Shown here: piece after piece, positions 1 to 12,248 of the stretch
Layout of the letters: the number at the start of each line of letters is the position of its first letter
How positions within the stretch are numbered: position 1 is the first letter of the stretch
Assembly: GCF_963921235.1 (NCBI RefSeq)
Contig: NC_086108.1
Coordinates: 28,398,001 to 28,462,000, forward strand
Source: Mobula hypostoma
Lineage: Eukaryota
Direction: 5' to 3'
Length of the DNA: 64,000 nt
The notes under the pieces: generated by a model
The model's input: the letters and a program-made list of their open reading frames with translations, nothing else
What the model was told of the DNA's origin: nothing
Database searches by the model: none
Translations under genes and position numbers: made by a program

Positions 1-149
1 CTGATGCACCACAGTGTGACTCAGCTGTACTTTGATATCATCCTGAGCTGACTCCAATCGTGAACTGCAGAGTATTTTGGATCCCAAACAACAATGACAC
101 TAGCCAAGGTACAACACAACTAAGCCCAGCTGCATACCCACTCTGTCCT

Positions 150-3100
150 GGAGTGGCTTGTGGAGTATTTTTTCTTCAGCGGTTTGATCGAGGCACGACT
201 GCGCAGGCGTGTGGATGTCAGCGAGTTAGACCGGCTGGAAGAATGTGAAAAGAAGACAGCTTTATGGAGTGGATGTCAGAGGAGGAGGGGTTTGGCTCAA
301 TGGGTTGAGGCGAGCTAAGTTACTTGTGAATAATATGAATAGGAAGTATGTCTGCAAGGCCGGTGTTCTGTACTGGATGTCAGATGTGGGCTGTCCAGGA
401 AACTCCCAGCCTCCCGGACAACCACATCTGCGCCAGCTGCGTCAAGCTGCAGCTCCTTAGGGACCACCTTAGGGAACTAGAGGTGCAGCTCGATGATCTT
501 CGTCTGGTCAGGGAGAGTGAGGAGAAGGTGGAGAGGAGCTATATGCAAGTAGTCACACTGGGGCCTCGGGAGACAGACAAGTAGGAACAGTCAGGAGAGG
601 GAAAGAGTCTCATACTAGAGAGTACCCCTGTGGCTGTCCCCCTTAACAATAAGTACTCCCGTTTGAGTACTGTTGGCGGGGGGGGGAGCTGACCTGGGAG
701 AAGCAACAGTGGCTGTGCCTCTGGCACAGAGTCTGGCCCTGTGGCTCAGAAGGGTAGGGAAAGGAAGAGGATGGCAGCAGTGAAAGGAGACTCTATAGTT
801 AGGGGGTCAGAAAGGTGATTCTGTGGACGGATGGTAGATTGCCTCCCAGGAGCCAGGGTCCAGGATGTTTCTGATCGCGTCCACGATATCCTGAAGTGGG
901 AAGGTGAACAGCCAGAAGTACCAATGACATAGGTAGGAAAGGGGAGGAAGTCCTAAAAACAGACTATAGGGAGTTAGCTGAGAAGCAGGACCACAAGGGT
1001 AGTAATCTCGAGATTACTGCCTGTGCCACGCGGCAGTGAGTGTAGGAATAGAGTGAGGTGAAGGATAAGTATGTGGCTGAGGGATTGGAGCAGGGGGCAG
1101 GGATTCAGATTTCTGAATCACTGGGACCTCTTTTAGGGCAGGTGTGACCTGTACAAAAAGGACGGGTTGCACTTGAATCCGAGGGGGACAAATATCCTGG
1201 CAGGGAGGTTTGCAAAGGTGATTGGGGAGAGTTTAAAGTAGAATTGCTGGGGGTGGGGACTGAACTGAAGAGATAGAGGAAGGGGTGGTTGGCTCACAAA
1301 TAGAGAATGCTTGTAGACAGTGTGAGAGGGAGGATAGAGAATGGATGCGCTCAGATTGATGGTTTGAGATGTGTCTATTTTAATGTAAGGAGTATCATGA
1401 ACAAAGCGGATGAGCTTAGAGCATAGATCGATACTTGGAGCTATGATGTTGTGGCCATTACAGAGACTTGGATGGCTCAGGGGCATAAATGGTTACTTAG
1501 AGTGCCAGGCTTTAGATGTTTCCAAAAGGAAAGGGAGGGAGGCAAAAAAGGTGTGGGCGTTGCACTGCTGATCAGAGATAGTGTCACGGCTGCAGAAGAG
1601 GAGGAAGTTATGGAGGGACTCTCTATTGAGTTTCTGTGGGTGGACGTTAAAAACAGGAAGGGGTCAATAATTCTACTGAGTGTTTTTTGTAGACCACCAA
1701 TTGTAACAAGAACATCAAGGAACAGATAAGGAGACAGATTCTGAAATGGCGCAATAATAAGAGGGTTGTAGTGGTGGGAGATTTTAATTTCCCCAATATT
1801 GATTGACATCTCCCCAGAGCAAGGGGTTTAGATTGGGTGGAGTTTGTTAGATGTGTTCAGGAAGATTTCCTGACACAATATGTAGATAAGCCTACATGAG
1901 GAGAGGCTGTACATGATCTGGTATTGGGAAATGAACCTAGTCAGGTGTCAGGTCTCTCAATGGGAGAGCATTTTGGAGATAGTAGTCACAATTCTATCTC
2001 CTTTACCATAACACTGGAGAGGGGCACAGGAACAGACAAGTTAGGAAATTGTTTAATTGGAGTAAGAGGAAATATGAAGACATCAGGCACGGACTTGGAA
2101 GCATAAATTGGGAACAGATGTTCTCAGGGAAATGTATGGCAAAAATGTTGCAAATGTTCAGGGGATATTTGTGTTGCGTTCTGCATAGGCACATTCCAAT
2201 GAGACAGGGAAAGGATGGTAGGGTACAAGAACCATGGTGTACAAAGGCTGTTGAAAATCTAGTCAAGAAGAAGAGAAAAGCTTACGAAAGGTTCACTGGG
2301 TAATGATAGAGATCTAGAAAATTATAAGGCTAGCAGGAAGGAGCTTAAGAATGAAATTAGGAGAGCCAAAAGGGGCCATGAGAAGGTCTTGGTGAGCAGG
2401 ATTAAGGAAAATCCCAAGGTATTCTACAAGTATGAGAAGAGCAAGAGGATAAGACGTGAGAGAATAGGACCAATCAAGTGTGACAGTGAAAAAGTGTGTA
2501 TGGAACCGGAGGGGATAGTGGAGGTACTTAATGAATACTTTGCTGCAGTATTCACTACAGAAAAGGACCTTGGCGAGTGTAGGAATGACTTATAGTGGAC
2601 TGAAAAGCTTGAGCATATAAACATTAAGAAAGAGGATGTGCCGGAGCTTTTGGAACACTTCAAGTTGGATAGGTCACCGGGACCAGATGAGATATACCCC
2701 AGGATACTGTGGGAGTTGAGGGAGGAGACTGCTGAGCCTCTGGCAATGATTTTTGCTTCATCTATGGGGATGGGAGTTGTTCCAGAGGATTGGAGGGTTG
2801 CAGATGTTGTTCCCTTATTCAAGAAAGGGAGTAGAGATAACCCAGGAAATTATAGACCAGTGAGTCATACTTCAGTGTTTGGTAAGTTGATGGAGGAGAT
2901 CCTGAGAGGCAGGATTTATGAACATTTGGAGAGGCATAATATGATTAAGAATAGTCAGCATGGCTTTGTCAAAGGCAGGTCGTGCTTTGCGAGCCTAATT
3001 GAATTTTTTGAGGATGTGACTAAACACATTGATGAAGGTAGAGCAGTAGATGTAGTGTATATGGATTTCAGCAAGGCTTTTGATAAGGTACCCCATGCCA

Positions 3101-3543
3101 GGCTTATTGAGAAAGTAAGGAGGCATGGGATCCAAGCAGACCTTGCTTTGTGGATCCAGAATTGGCTTGCACACAGAAGGCAAAGAATGCTTGTAGATGG
3201 GTTATGATCTGAATGGATCTTAGTGGCCAGTGATGTGCCTCAGGAATCTGTTCTGGGACCCCTTCTCTTCATGATTTTTATAAATGACCTGGATGAGGAA
3301 TTGGAGGGAGGAGTTAGTAAATTTGCTGGTGGAAATGTTGTGGATAGTGTGGAGGGCTGTCAGAGTTTACAGTGGGATATCAATAGAATACATAACTGGG
3401 CTGAGAAATAGCAGATGGAGTTCAACCCAAGTAAGTGTGATGTGGCTCATTTTGGTAGGTCAAGTATGATGGCAGAATATAGTATTAACGGTAAGACTCT
3501 TGGCATCGTGGAGGATCAGAAGGATCTTGGGGTCCAAGTCCAT
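150..3543 (+). mobile_element. Decayed, nearly full-length CR1-clade LINE (ORF1 zinc finger + SGNH esterase; ORF2 APE endonuclease + RT), 3' end missing
   Basis: ORF1 from 348 (CTGC...CASC plus coiled coil) and a GDSIVRG esterase motif at ~787. ORF2 fragments: LRCVYFN at ~1365, AITETW, VVVGDFNFP, SPGPDEIYP, VPEDWRVADVVPLFKKG, YMDFSKAFDKVPH, VPQESVLGPLLF. Many stops and frameshifts. Confidence 0.9.
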
Positions 3544-5270
3544 AAGAACATAAGATATAGGAGCAGAAACAGGCCATTCGGCTCATCAAGTCTGCTCTGC
3601 CATTCAATCAAGGCTGATCCAATTCTTCCAGTCATCTCCAGCTCCTCTGCCTTCTCCCCAAAGCCTTTGATGCTAATCAAGAACCTATCTATCTCTGCCT
3701 TAAATGCACCCAATGACTTGGCCTCCATGGCCGCTCGTGGCAGCAAATTCCACAGATTTACCACCCTCTGACTAAAGTAATTTCTAAACATCTCTGTTCT
3801 AAATGGACGTCCTTCAATACTAAAGTCGTGCCCTCTTGTCCTAGACTACCCTACCATGGGAAATAACTTTGCTATATCTAATCTGTTCAGGCCTTTTAAT
3901 GCTTCTATGAGATTCCCCCCTCATTCTCCTGAACTCCAGGAAATACAGCCCAAGAGCTGCCAGATATTCCTCATGCAGTAAACCTTCTGTTCCTGGAATC
4001 ATTCTTGCGAATCTTATCTGAACTCTCTCCAATGCCAGTATATCCTTTCTAAAATAAGGAGCCCAAAACTGTACACAATACTCCAAGTGTAGTCTCATGA
4101 GTACTTTATAGAGCCTCAATATCGCATCCCTGCTCTTATATTCTATACCTCTAGAAACGAATGCCAACATTGCATTCACCTTCTTCATCACCAGCTCAAC
4201 CTGGAGGTTAACCTTTAGGGTACCCAGCACAAGGACTCCCAAGTCCCTTTGCATCTCTGCATTTTGAATTCTCTCCCCATCTAAATAATAGTCTGCCCCT
4301 TTATTTCTTCCACTAAAGTGCATGACCATATACTTTTTAACATTGTATTTCATTTGCCACTTCTTTGCCCATTCCCCTAAACTATCTAAGCCTTTCTGCA
4401 GGCTCTCTGTTTCCTCAACACTACCCGCTTTTCCACTTATCTTTGTATCATTGACAAATTTAGCCACTAATCCATTAATCCCATAGTTCAAATCATTGGC
4501 ATACATCGTAAAAAGCAATGGTCCCAACACTGACCCCTGTGGAACTCCTCTGGTAACTGGCAGCCAGCCAGAATGGGATCCCTTTATTCCCACTCTCTGT
4601 TTCTGATGCAAATGCTCCACCCATGCTAGTAACTTCCCTGTAAGTAGCCTCATGTGTGGCACCTTGTCAAAGGCCTTTTGAAAATCCAAGTACACCATAT
4701 CGACTACAGCTCCTTTGTCTACCCTGCTTGTAATTTCCTCAAAAAATTGCAGTAGCTTAGTCAGACAGGATTCTCCTTTCAGGAAACCATGCTGGCTTGG
4801 GCCTGTCTTGTCATGTGCCTCCATAATCTCATCCCTAACAATCAATTCCAACAATTTCCCAACCACTGATGTCAGGTTAACTAGCCTATAGTTTCCTTTC
4901 TGCTGCCTCCCACCCTTCTTAAATAGCGGTGTAATGTTTGCAATTTTCCAGTCATCCGGTACAATGCCAGAATCTATCGATTCTTGAAAGATCATTGTTA
5001 ATGCCTCCGCAATTAACCCGAGGGTGCATTCCATAAGGTCCAGGAGATTTTTCCACCCCCAGAGCATTAAGCTTCCTGAGCACCTTCACAATCGTAATTT
5101 TCACTGCACATACTTCACTTCCCTGACACTCTTGAATGTCCGGTATACTGCAGTTGTCTTCAACTGTGAAGATTGATGCAAAATACACATTCAGTTTCTC
5201 TGCCATCTCTGCGTCTCTCATTACAATATCTTCAGCATCATTTTCTATTGGTCCTATATCTACCCTCAAC
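3542..5270 (-). mobile_element. 5'-truncated CR1-clade LINE (RT and 3' tail)
   Basis: ORF 3841-5067(-) with YLDFQKAFDKVPH, GVPQGSVLGPLLF and LEYCVQFWAP; NYFSQRVVNLWNLLP C-terminus; (cataaga)-type 3' tail repeats at 3541-3556. Confidence 0.92.
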
Positions 5271-5612
5271 ATCTAGGAGAAGAAAATCTTTGATCTCAAA
5301 CCTCCACTACCTTGCGGATATACCTACTCATGGGGAAGACTTTGGGCGTAAACCCAGAGGAAATATCTGGAGCTAGAGTCCCTAAGTCAGTCCTACGTTG
5401 AGGTGAACGCTGACTGGCAAACCCTGCGATGCCACTGGCACGTAACTGTACCAATCTCTGTCATCCTTTGGATTAATCAGCTGCGTGGGGAGGAGTCTGC
5501 TGCAGGGGCAACAGTGGTGCTCTCCACATTGTATTTCCCTGGCTTGCATATCATGTAGACAACTAGGACTCAATATCCATGGCTGACCCCAACCAACTGA
5601 GAGCCTCATAGG
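5271..5612 (+). mobile_element. RTE-related non-autonomous element / SINE body
   Basis: Its 3' half (ggcacgtaactgta...ggggcaacagtggtgctctcca) resembles the body of the SINEs at 23333 and 25885. The 5' ctaggagaagaaaatct resembles RTE 5' UTRs as I recall them. Confidence 0.5.
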
Positions 5613-6184
5613 TCAGAGATGAACAAAGACCAATTAATGTAAGTATACAACTAAATAACTAATGCCCATAATGTACATTCATGTATTTTAGCAGGGAATT
5701 CTCAATATTCCCATAGTATATTATTATTCATTCATGAAATGCATAATCTCCATATAGTACATTGATGTATTGACTCAAAGGTATGTTAATAACCTTTGCC
5801 GTGAATCAGTCCCTATCCCTATGTAACAGTAATAAACCATGACATCAAGTGGAATTTGTTCTTATAAAGCGTTAGTCATCATTTTCCTTTAGATGCTGTT
5901 CAGTGTAAAAATCCATACAGTAATATATGTACCATGAAACCTTCAAAAACTACATTAACAAACTGAGCTCTGGCAGCTTCACTATCACAACATTATTTGT
6001 TATCATACCATGGTGCAGGACTCAATGCACAACTCCATAATGGAATGGTCAATGAAACTGCAGAAGTTTATTTCATTTAATGTTTCATACACTATTGTAT
6101 ACTGTAATACTATCTAGTGCCCTGACTTCTAAACATCACTTTGAATATTAACATAAAGTGTTTGATGTTGATTTATAGATCGAC

Positions 6185-6390
6185 GACCTCACCACCCAAC
6201 ACCTTTTCCTCCTCACCTGGTCTCACCTATCACCTGCCAGCTTGTACTCCTTCCCTACCCCCCACCTTCTTACTATGGCTCCCCCCCACTTCCTTTTCAG
6301 TCCTGATGAAGCATCTTGGTGACTGTTTATTTCCCTCCATAAATGCTGCCTAACTTTGCTGAGTTCCTCCAGTACTTTGTTTTGCTTTAA
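6185..6390 (+). mobile_element. Penelope-like element 3' pseudo-LTR remnant with broken hammerhead
   Basis: cacctatcacctgccagc...cagtcctgatgaag...gactgt...atgctgcct...gctgagttcctccag, homologous to other PLE ends in the window; the GAAA arm of the ribozyme is deleted. Confidence 0.7.
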
Positions 6391-6774
6391 ATATTGCTCA
6401 TAATGAATGGTGAAACTACATGATATTGTGCAACTGAAACTAGGCAAGAATAACAGCCTTCTTTGATGGAGCAGACACTGTTAATTAAAATACAGGAGAT
6501 CTGATTCTAAAAATCTCTGGATTAAAAGTCAGTCAGCAGAGAAAGAACAACACTTGTCACTGAGCTTAAAAAAGGCTACTCAAAAATTGGATGTGTCAAT
6601 TTTCTCTTTCCCTGATAATTGCCACGGGTAAGTGTCAGTTCCAAAGGGGCCTGGGCTTCCATCAGCTATGATAGCAACAAGCATGCGGAGTGGCAACCCC
6701 CGTTAAATAATTCTAAATCAAATCAAACTAATAGAAAGGAAAAAAACCCATAAATTTTGATCACTTTTAGGCAT

Positions 6775-7165
6775 GAGCAGACTAGGAAGTCATTTTCTGG
6801 AATGTAGGAGTAACTTGGAAGAGGTGTATAAGATCTTGAGGGATATAAACACATGAAAGTACATGGTCTTTTCTCCAGGGAACAAATGCTAAATACGAGA
6901 GGAGCACTGGGTTTAAGATCAGAGAAGAGAGATTTAAAAGGGGCTTCAGGGGAGGCTTCTTCATGCAAACGATGGTGTATTTTTGGAATGAGCTGCCAGG
7001 TCAAGGAATAAGGCGGGTGTATTAGCAACATTTAAAAGCAATCTGAATAAGTACAGGAATAGGAGCTGGTTAGATGGCTATGGGGCAAACACGGGTAGAG
7101 GAGCCTAACACAGCTGACATGGACGAGTTAACTGAAGAGACCATTTCTATGCGATATGATTATGC
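6775..7165 (+). mobile_element. Old CR1 3' fragment
   Basis: gggtttaagatcagagaagagagatttaaa...ttcttcatgcaaacgatggtg...tggaatgagctgccag resembles the CR1 ORF2 C-terminus and 3' UTR. Confidence 0.7.
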
Positions 7166-8172
7166 CTTTATACCAGAAAGAAGTGCCCCACTGATGTCGA
7201 AATCTCTTTAGTATATATTTAGACTCTACCATGTAATGCTTTCACACACGTTAGTGTGTCACGTTGAGATGCTCGTCTGTTCCACGTGGTACAGAGATGT
7301 AGGGTGAAAAAATGCTCACTGTCACTATAGTTCACCAATATACAGTGTAGGCAGTGATCACATTGTACTTTCCATAGCAATGGAATGCACTATACTGTGT
7401 TTATGTAATGTAGTAGTAGTGTGAATATTTCTACACTGCATTGCTTGATGTAACTAACCTGCTATGCAGAGGAGAAGTCAATATCTCAGAATCAGGTTCA
7501 TTGTCACCGGCATGTGACATGAAATTTGTTAACTTAGCAGCAGCAGTTCAATGCAATACATAAATAGAAGAAAAAAAATAAAATTAATAATAATAAATGG
7601 ATAAGTAAATCAATTATGGTATATGTATATTGAATAGATTAAAAATTGTGCAAAAAACAGAAATGCCGTTTATTAAAAAAGTGAGGTAGTGTCCAAGGGT
7701 TCAATGTCCATTTAGAAATCGGATGGCATTTCAGAAGGGAAGAAGCTGTTCCTGAATCGCTGAGTGTGTGCCTTCAGGCTTCTGTACCTCCTACCTGATG
7801 GTAACAGTGAGAAAAGGGCATGCCCTGGTTGCTGGAAGTCCTTGATAATGGACGCTGCCTTTCTGAGACACCGCTCCTTGAAGATGTCCTGGGTACTTTG
7901 CAGGCTAGTACCCAAGATGGAGCCGACTAAGTTTACAACCCTTTGCAGCTTCTTTTGGTCCTGTGCAGTAGCCCTCCCCCACACCAGACAGTGATGCAGC
8001 CTGTCAGAATGCTCTCCACGGTACAACTATAGAAGTTTTTAATGTATTTGTTGACATGCCAAATCTCTTCAAACTCCTAATGAAGTATAGCCACTGTCTT
8101 GCCTTCTTTATAACTGCAGCGATATGTTGGGATCAGGTTAGATCCTCAGAGATCTTGACACCCAGGAACTTG

Positions 8173-8963
8173 TGAGGCCTTATCCGCTCGTCCATCCCCA
8201 CTGATGTTCCCTTTCCGCACGTCCATCCCCACTGATCTCCAACCTGGCACTTATCCCTGTAAGCGTAAGTGCTGCACCTGTCCCTACATCTCATCTCTTG
8301 CAATCATTTGGGGCCCCAAACAGTCCTTCCAGGTGAGGCAACACTTCACTTGTGAGTCTGTTGGGATCATCTATTGCATCCGTTGCTCCCGGTGCGGCCT
8401 CCTCTACATCGGTGAAACCGGATGTAGATTGGGGGACCGCTTCGTCGAGCACCTCCACTCCATCCGCCACAACAGACAGGATCTCCCGGTAGCCACCCAC
8501 TTCAACTCTGCTTCCCATTCCCATTCAGATATGCCCATACATGGCCTCCTCTACTGCCATGATGAGGCTAAACTCAGGTTGGAGGAGCAACACCTCATAT
8601 ACCGTCTAGGTAGTCTCCAACCCCTTGGTATGAACATAGAATTCTCCAACTTCCGGTAATTCCCTCCCTCTCCCTTCCTCTATCCCTATTTCACTCCACC
8701 CCCTCCCCCAGCTCCCTCATGGTTCCGCCTCCTTCTTCTACTACCCATTGTTTTCAGGACTATGGCGTCAATGGTACCTCTCCCCCACCCCTTGTCTTTC
8801 AAATTACTGGACTTTCAACTGAAGCTACAAGCATTCTTCAAATCCTTCCCCTTCAAATTCTTTCACTCTTCAGTCCTGACGAAGGGTTCCGGCCCGAAAC
8901 ATCGACTCATCATTTCTAACTGATGCTGCCCGACCTGCTGAGTTTATTCAGTACGAAAGTGTT
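8173..8963 (+). mobile_element. 5'-truncated Penelope-like (Neptune-type) retroelement: GIY-YIG endonuclease, pseudo-LTR and hammerhead
   Basis: ORF 8204-8659: Cys-rich linker PCKRKCCTC, GIIYCIRCSRCGLLYIGET (GIY-YIG), RFVEH, HFN, EQHLIYRLGSLQPLGMN. 13-bp TSD acccaggaacttg at 8160-8172 and 8964-8976. Confidence 0.9.
8872..8907 (+). ncRNA. Minimal type I hammerhead ribozyme motif (PLE-associated)
   Basis: agtc-CTGACGA-a-ggg ttccgg ccc-GAAA-c-ATC-gact: stem I agtc/gact, stem II ggg/ccc, conserved core. Stem III reads ACAU instead of palindromic ACGU. Confidence 0.65.
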
Positions 8964-9699
8964 ACCCAGGAACTTGAAGCTGCTCACTCTCTCCACTTCT
9001 GATCCCTCTATGAGGATTGGTATGTGTTCCTTCATCTTACACTTCCTGAAGTCCACAATCAGCTCTTTCGTCTTACTGATGTTGAGTGCCAGGTTGTTGC
9101 TGCAACACCACTCCACAAGTTGACATATCTCACTCCTGTACGACCTCTCATCACCACCAGAGATTCTACCAACAATAGTTGTATAGTCAGCAAATTTATA
9201 GATGGTACTTAAGCTATGCCTAGCCACACAATCATGGGTTCATTTGTATAATGAAGCGTCAAGCAGGCAATGGCCAATGATTTGGTTATATCATGGCACA
9301 ATGTGTTTGATAATCATATAATGCATCAATATACCATGTCTTGGAATGACTGATGTCATCATATTCAATGCACAACATCAGTATAGCATATTAATATACT
9401 GCACCATAGAGTCCTCAATGTCCTTAAACTATAGTAATATACTGTGGTCATTTAATGCTTAATGTCTCTGGAGTAAATTAATTTACTCTTATGTGCAAGC
9501 TCATAGTCCCAAAAGTACTTTAACAAAGCATGTCCCAGAACAATCAATGTCTTGATTGTACATTAATATACAGTGACACGGAGAGCTTGGTGTGCCTATA
9601 GCAGAATGAGGGACAGCCCCTGCAGGGAGGGTCAGACTGACAATTCAAATCATTTCTGAGAGCCACAGACACGAAACCTGTTTTGTTTTAATCACACAC

Positions 9700-9749
9700 A
9701 CAATTCTGTGCAAAACTCCTATGTACACTGTGTGTGTATATATATATAT

Positions 9750-9809
<60 letters not shown>

Positions 9810-10138
9810 GCCTGGGTGTCTGTTGTGGACTGAGATTGGGAAGGGGACAGGGAGAGGGAATCATAGTTGGGAAGAGGAGTAGAGAGAGGGGAGGGTGTGG
9901 GAAACTCCAAAGGGACAATCTGTAATGATCAATAAACCAGTTGTCTGAAATCAAGTGACCTTGCCTGGTGTCTCAAAGCTAGATGTGTCTCCACCCGTAC
10001 CACACCACCCACGCCTGGTGCTCCTTCTCTGCCACAATTCCCATACCCCTCCTGCATTGCTCCACCCTCACCATTCCCAACATCCTTTGATCCTGCCTGC
10101 CTTCTGCTCTACATTGACAAATACAGTATGTGCAAAAG

Positions 10139-10199
<61 letters not shown>

Positions 10200-10230
10200 A
10201 TATACATACATAGCTATGGTGTCTAAGTAC
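9700..10230. mobile_element. Composite repeat: two decayed Tc1-like mini-elements with (CA)n/(TA)n expansions flanking a ~300-bp body
   Basis: caattctgtgcaaaactc at ~9701 and cagtatgtgcaaaagtctta at ~10124 match the TIR of the MITE at 54812. The body 9815-10123 is homologous to the reverse complement of ~37886-38190. Confidence 0.6.
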
Positions 10231-10554
10231 TATAAGAATTTCTGGAAACTGATATTAGTCTCACACAAATGCTGGTGTCTATCAACAGTCTTGTTGCTGC
10301 TTAGATTTCTATCAGGTTTCTTTAGTTAACACGCAGGGAGTTATGACTGGTGCTTTCAATTTGCTTAACAGCATACTTTTCTTTGAAATGATTTTATAGC
10401 ACTTTGTTGTTGCCAGTAATCGGCATAATTGAAGGAGTTTGCCATAACTGAGCAAATTCCTTGAGCTGAACATCCAGAGATTTGCAGACAAATCTCAAAT
10501 ATGAGGTGTCCTGTCAGCAGGAGGCGGGCACATAACACATGCAGAAACATGGTG

Positions 10555-10775
10555 CCCTCTGAGAGACAGGGCTTGAGTTGGAAATATCTCCACTGACACT
10601 GTCATCAGAGTGACTATTGCACTGGTTGATGACAAGAGGTGGTAAATGAGGCCTGCCCCTTTCGGCATCTGAAGTGGTAAAGGAAGATTCCACAGCACTA
10701 TTTTGAAGAAGTGCAAGAGAGTTATTGAGGTACTCCTGGTCAAATTTGTACCTTGAAAAACACAAGTGAGACCCA
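10555..10775 (+). mobile_element. Ancient DeuSINE (SacSINE1/AmnSINE1-like) relic
   Basis: gaagattccacagcactattttgaagaagtgcaagagagtt...tcctggtcaaatttgtacc resembles the Deu-domain core as I recall it. Confidence 0.5.
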
Positions 10776-11107
10776 CTTTCTCACACTTCAGTTTGTAGGA
10801 TTCATCTTGATGTTTCCTATCACACAGCAGTGAGTGCTGTGGATGTACAGAGCTTTAGAACATCTTGAAGGACACACAATAGTCAACATACAAATAAATG
10901 TTGCCATTTCTTTTTGAGAGCCATTTACTACTTGAATAAATCTTATTGTGGCAACCTCTTCACCCAGACTAGGTTTCTGAAATTCTGTTATCAACAAAAG
11001 CATTATTTTCTGAACAATTGATGACTGCTAGAGTTAGAATTATTTTTTTCAATATATGTGCCTCAGCTTTTTTCTGTGTTGTCTAACTGCAAGGTAGCAG
11101 GGTTAGG

Positions 11108-11621
11108 CTCAGCAACACACATCAAAGTTGCTGGTGAATGCAGCAGGCCAGACAGCATCTCTAGAAGGAGGTACAGTTGACGTTTCAGGCCGAGACCCTT
11201 TGTCAGGACTAACTGAAGGAAGAGTGAGTAAGAGATTTGAAAATGGGCGGGGGAGGGGGAGATCCGAAATGATAGGAGAAGACAGGAGGGGGATGGATGG
11301 AGCCAAGAGCTGGACAGGTGATTGGCAAAGGAGATATGAGAGGATCATGGGACAGGAAGCCCAGGGAGAAAGAAAAGAGGTGGGGGGGGGGAAGCCCAGA
11401 GGATGAGCAAGGGGTATAGTGAGAGGGACAGAGGGAGAAAATGGAGAGTGAGAGAAAGAATGTGTGTATATAAATAACGGATGGGGTACGAGGGGGAGGT
11501 GGGTCATTAGCGGAAGTTAGAGAAGTCAATGTTCATGCCATCAGGTTGGAGGCTACCCAGATGGAATATAAGGTGTTTTTCCTCCAACTTGAGTGTCGCT
11601 TCATCTTTACAGTAGAGAGTT
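11108..11621 (-). mobile_element. Penelope-like element 3' end (last GIY-YIG codons and pseudo-LTR) with a hammerhead carrying a core G8->A change
   Basis: Closely similar to 12148-12650. Minus strand reads cagttagtcCTGACAAagggtctcggcctGAAAcgtcaactg (11174-11215). Flanked by agggttagg at 11099-11107 and 11622-11630. Confidence 0.85.
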
Positions 11622-12207
11622 AGGGTTAGGAAGTTGTCATGTAGATCTCTAAATAATTGTTAATTGTAAGACATGATGTTAGAAGCTTCTAACAGGTGCA
11701 CCACAGAGCTGTGTGCTTAGCCCCCTGCTCTACTTGCTTTACACCTTTGACTGTGTGGCAAAGTACAGCAACAATGCCATTTTCAGGTTTGCTGATGACC
11801 CCACTGTCATGGGCCAAATCAATGGTGGTGATGAATCAGCATACAGGACAGAGATTGAAAACCTGGCTGAGTGGTGTCATAACAACAACCTTTCGCTCAA
11901 TGTCAGCCAGACCAAGAAACTAATTATAGACCAGGAGAGGGAAACCAGAGGTCTATGAGACACTCCTCATCAGAGGATGAGGTGGAGAGTGATAGCAACC
12001 ATAGATTCCTGAGTGTTACTATTTCAGAGGACCTATTCTGGACCCAGCACTTAAGTGCAATTACAGAGAAAGCACGGCAGTGCCTTAACTTCCTTAGGAA
12101 TCTATGGAGATTTGGCATCACATCCAAAACATTGACAAAATTCAATAAACACACATCAAAGTTGCTGGTGAACGCAGCAGGCCAGGCAGCATCTCTAGGA
12201 AGAGGTA

Positions 12208-12248
12208 CAGTCGACGTTTCAGGCGAGACCCTTCGTCAGGACTAACTG
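12208..12248 (-). ncRNA. Minimal hammerhead ribozyme motif, intact core
   Basis: Minus strand: cagttagtc-CTGACGA-agggtctcgcct-GAAA-CGTC-gactg; palindromic ACGU stem III, GUC cleavage triplet. Confidence 0.75.

Larger units (their letters stand above)
7485..9240 (-). mobile_element. Rex1/Babar-type LINE fragment, split by a PLE insertion at 8173-8963
   Basis: ORF pieces KFADYTTIVG, LNISKTKELIVDFRK, SFKFLG and HALFSLLPSGRRYRSL...RFRNSFFP; tcagaatcagg 3' tail at ~7485. Confidence 0.85.
5640..9600. repeat. Highly degenerate ~43-bp tandem repeat, interrupted by TEs (blocks ~5640-6140, ~7200-7470, ~9240-9600)
   Basis: Recurrent motif ~acattaatatactg..ccatggaatgctcaatgtccctatagt. aatatactg-like words at 9393, 9436, 9480 and 9565; ctcaatgtcc-like words at 9414, 9458, 9500 and 9543. 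Confidence 0.6.

Noticed and set aside
9240..9600. CRISPR-like array
   Set aside because: The whole unit is degenerate, with no conserved repeat plus unique spacer, no cas genes and a eukaryotic host. Treated as a minisatellite.
9688..10200. ORFs with HTHTHT/VCVCVC runs
   Set aside because: They are translations of (CA)n microsatellites.
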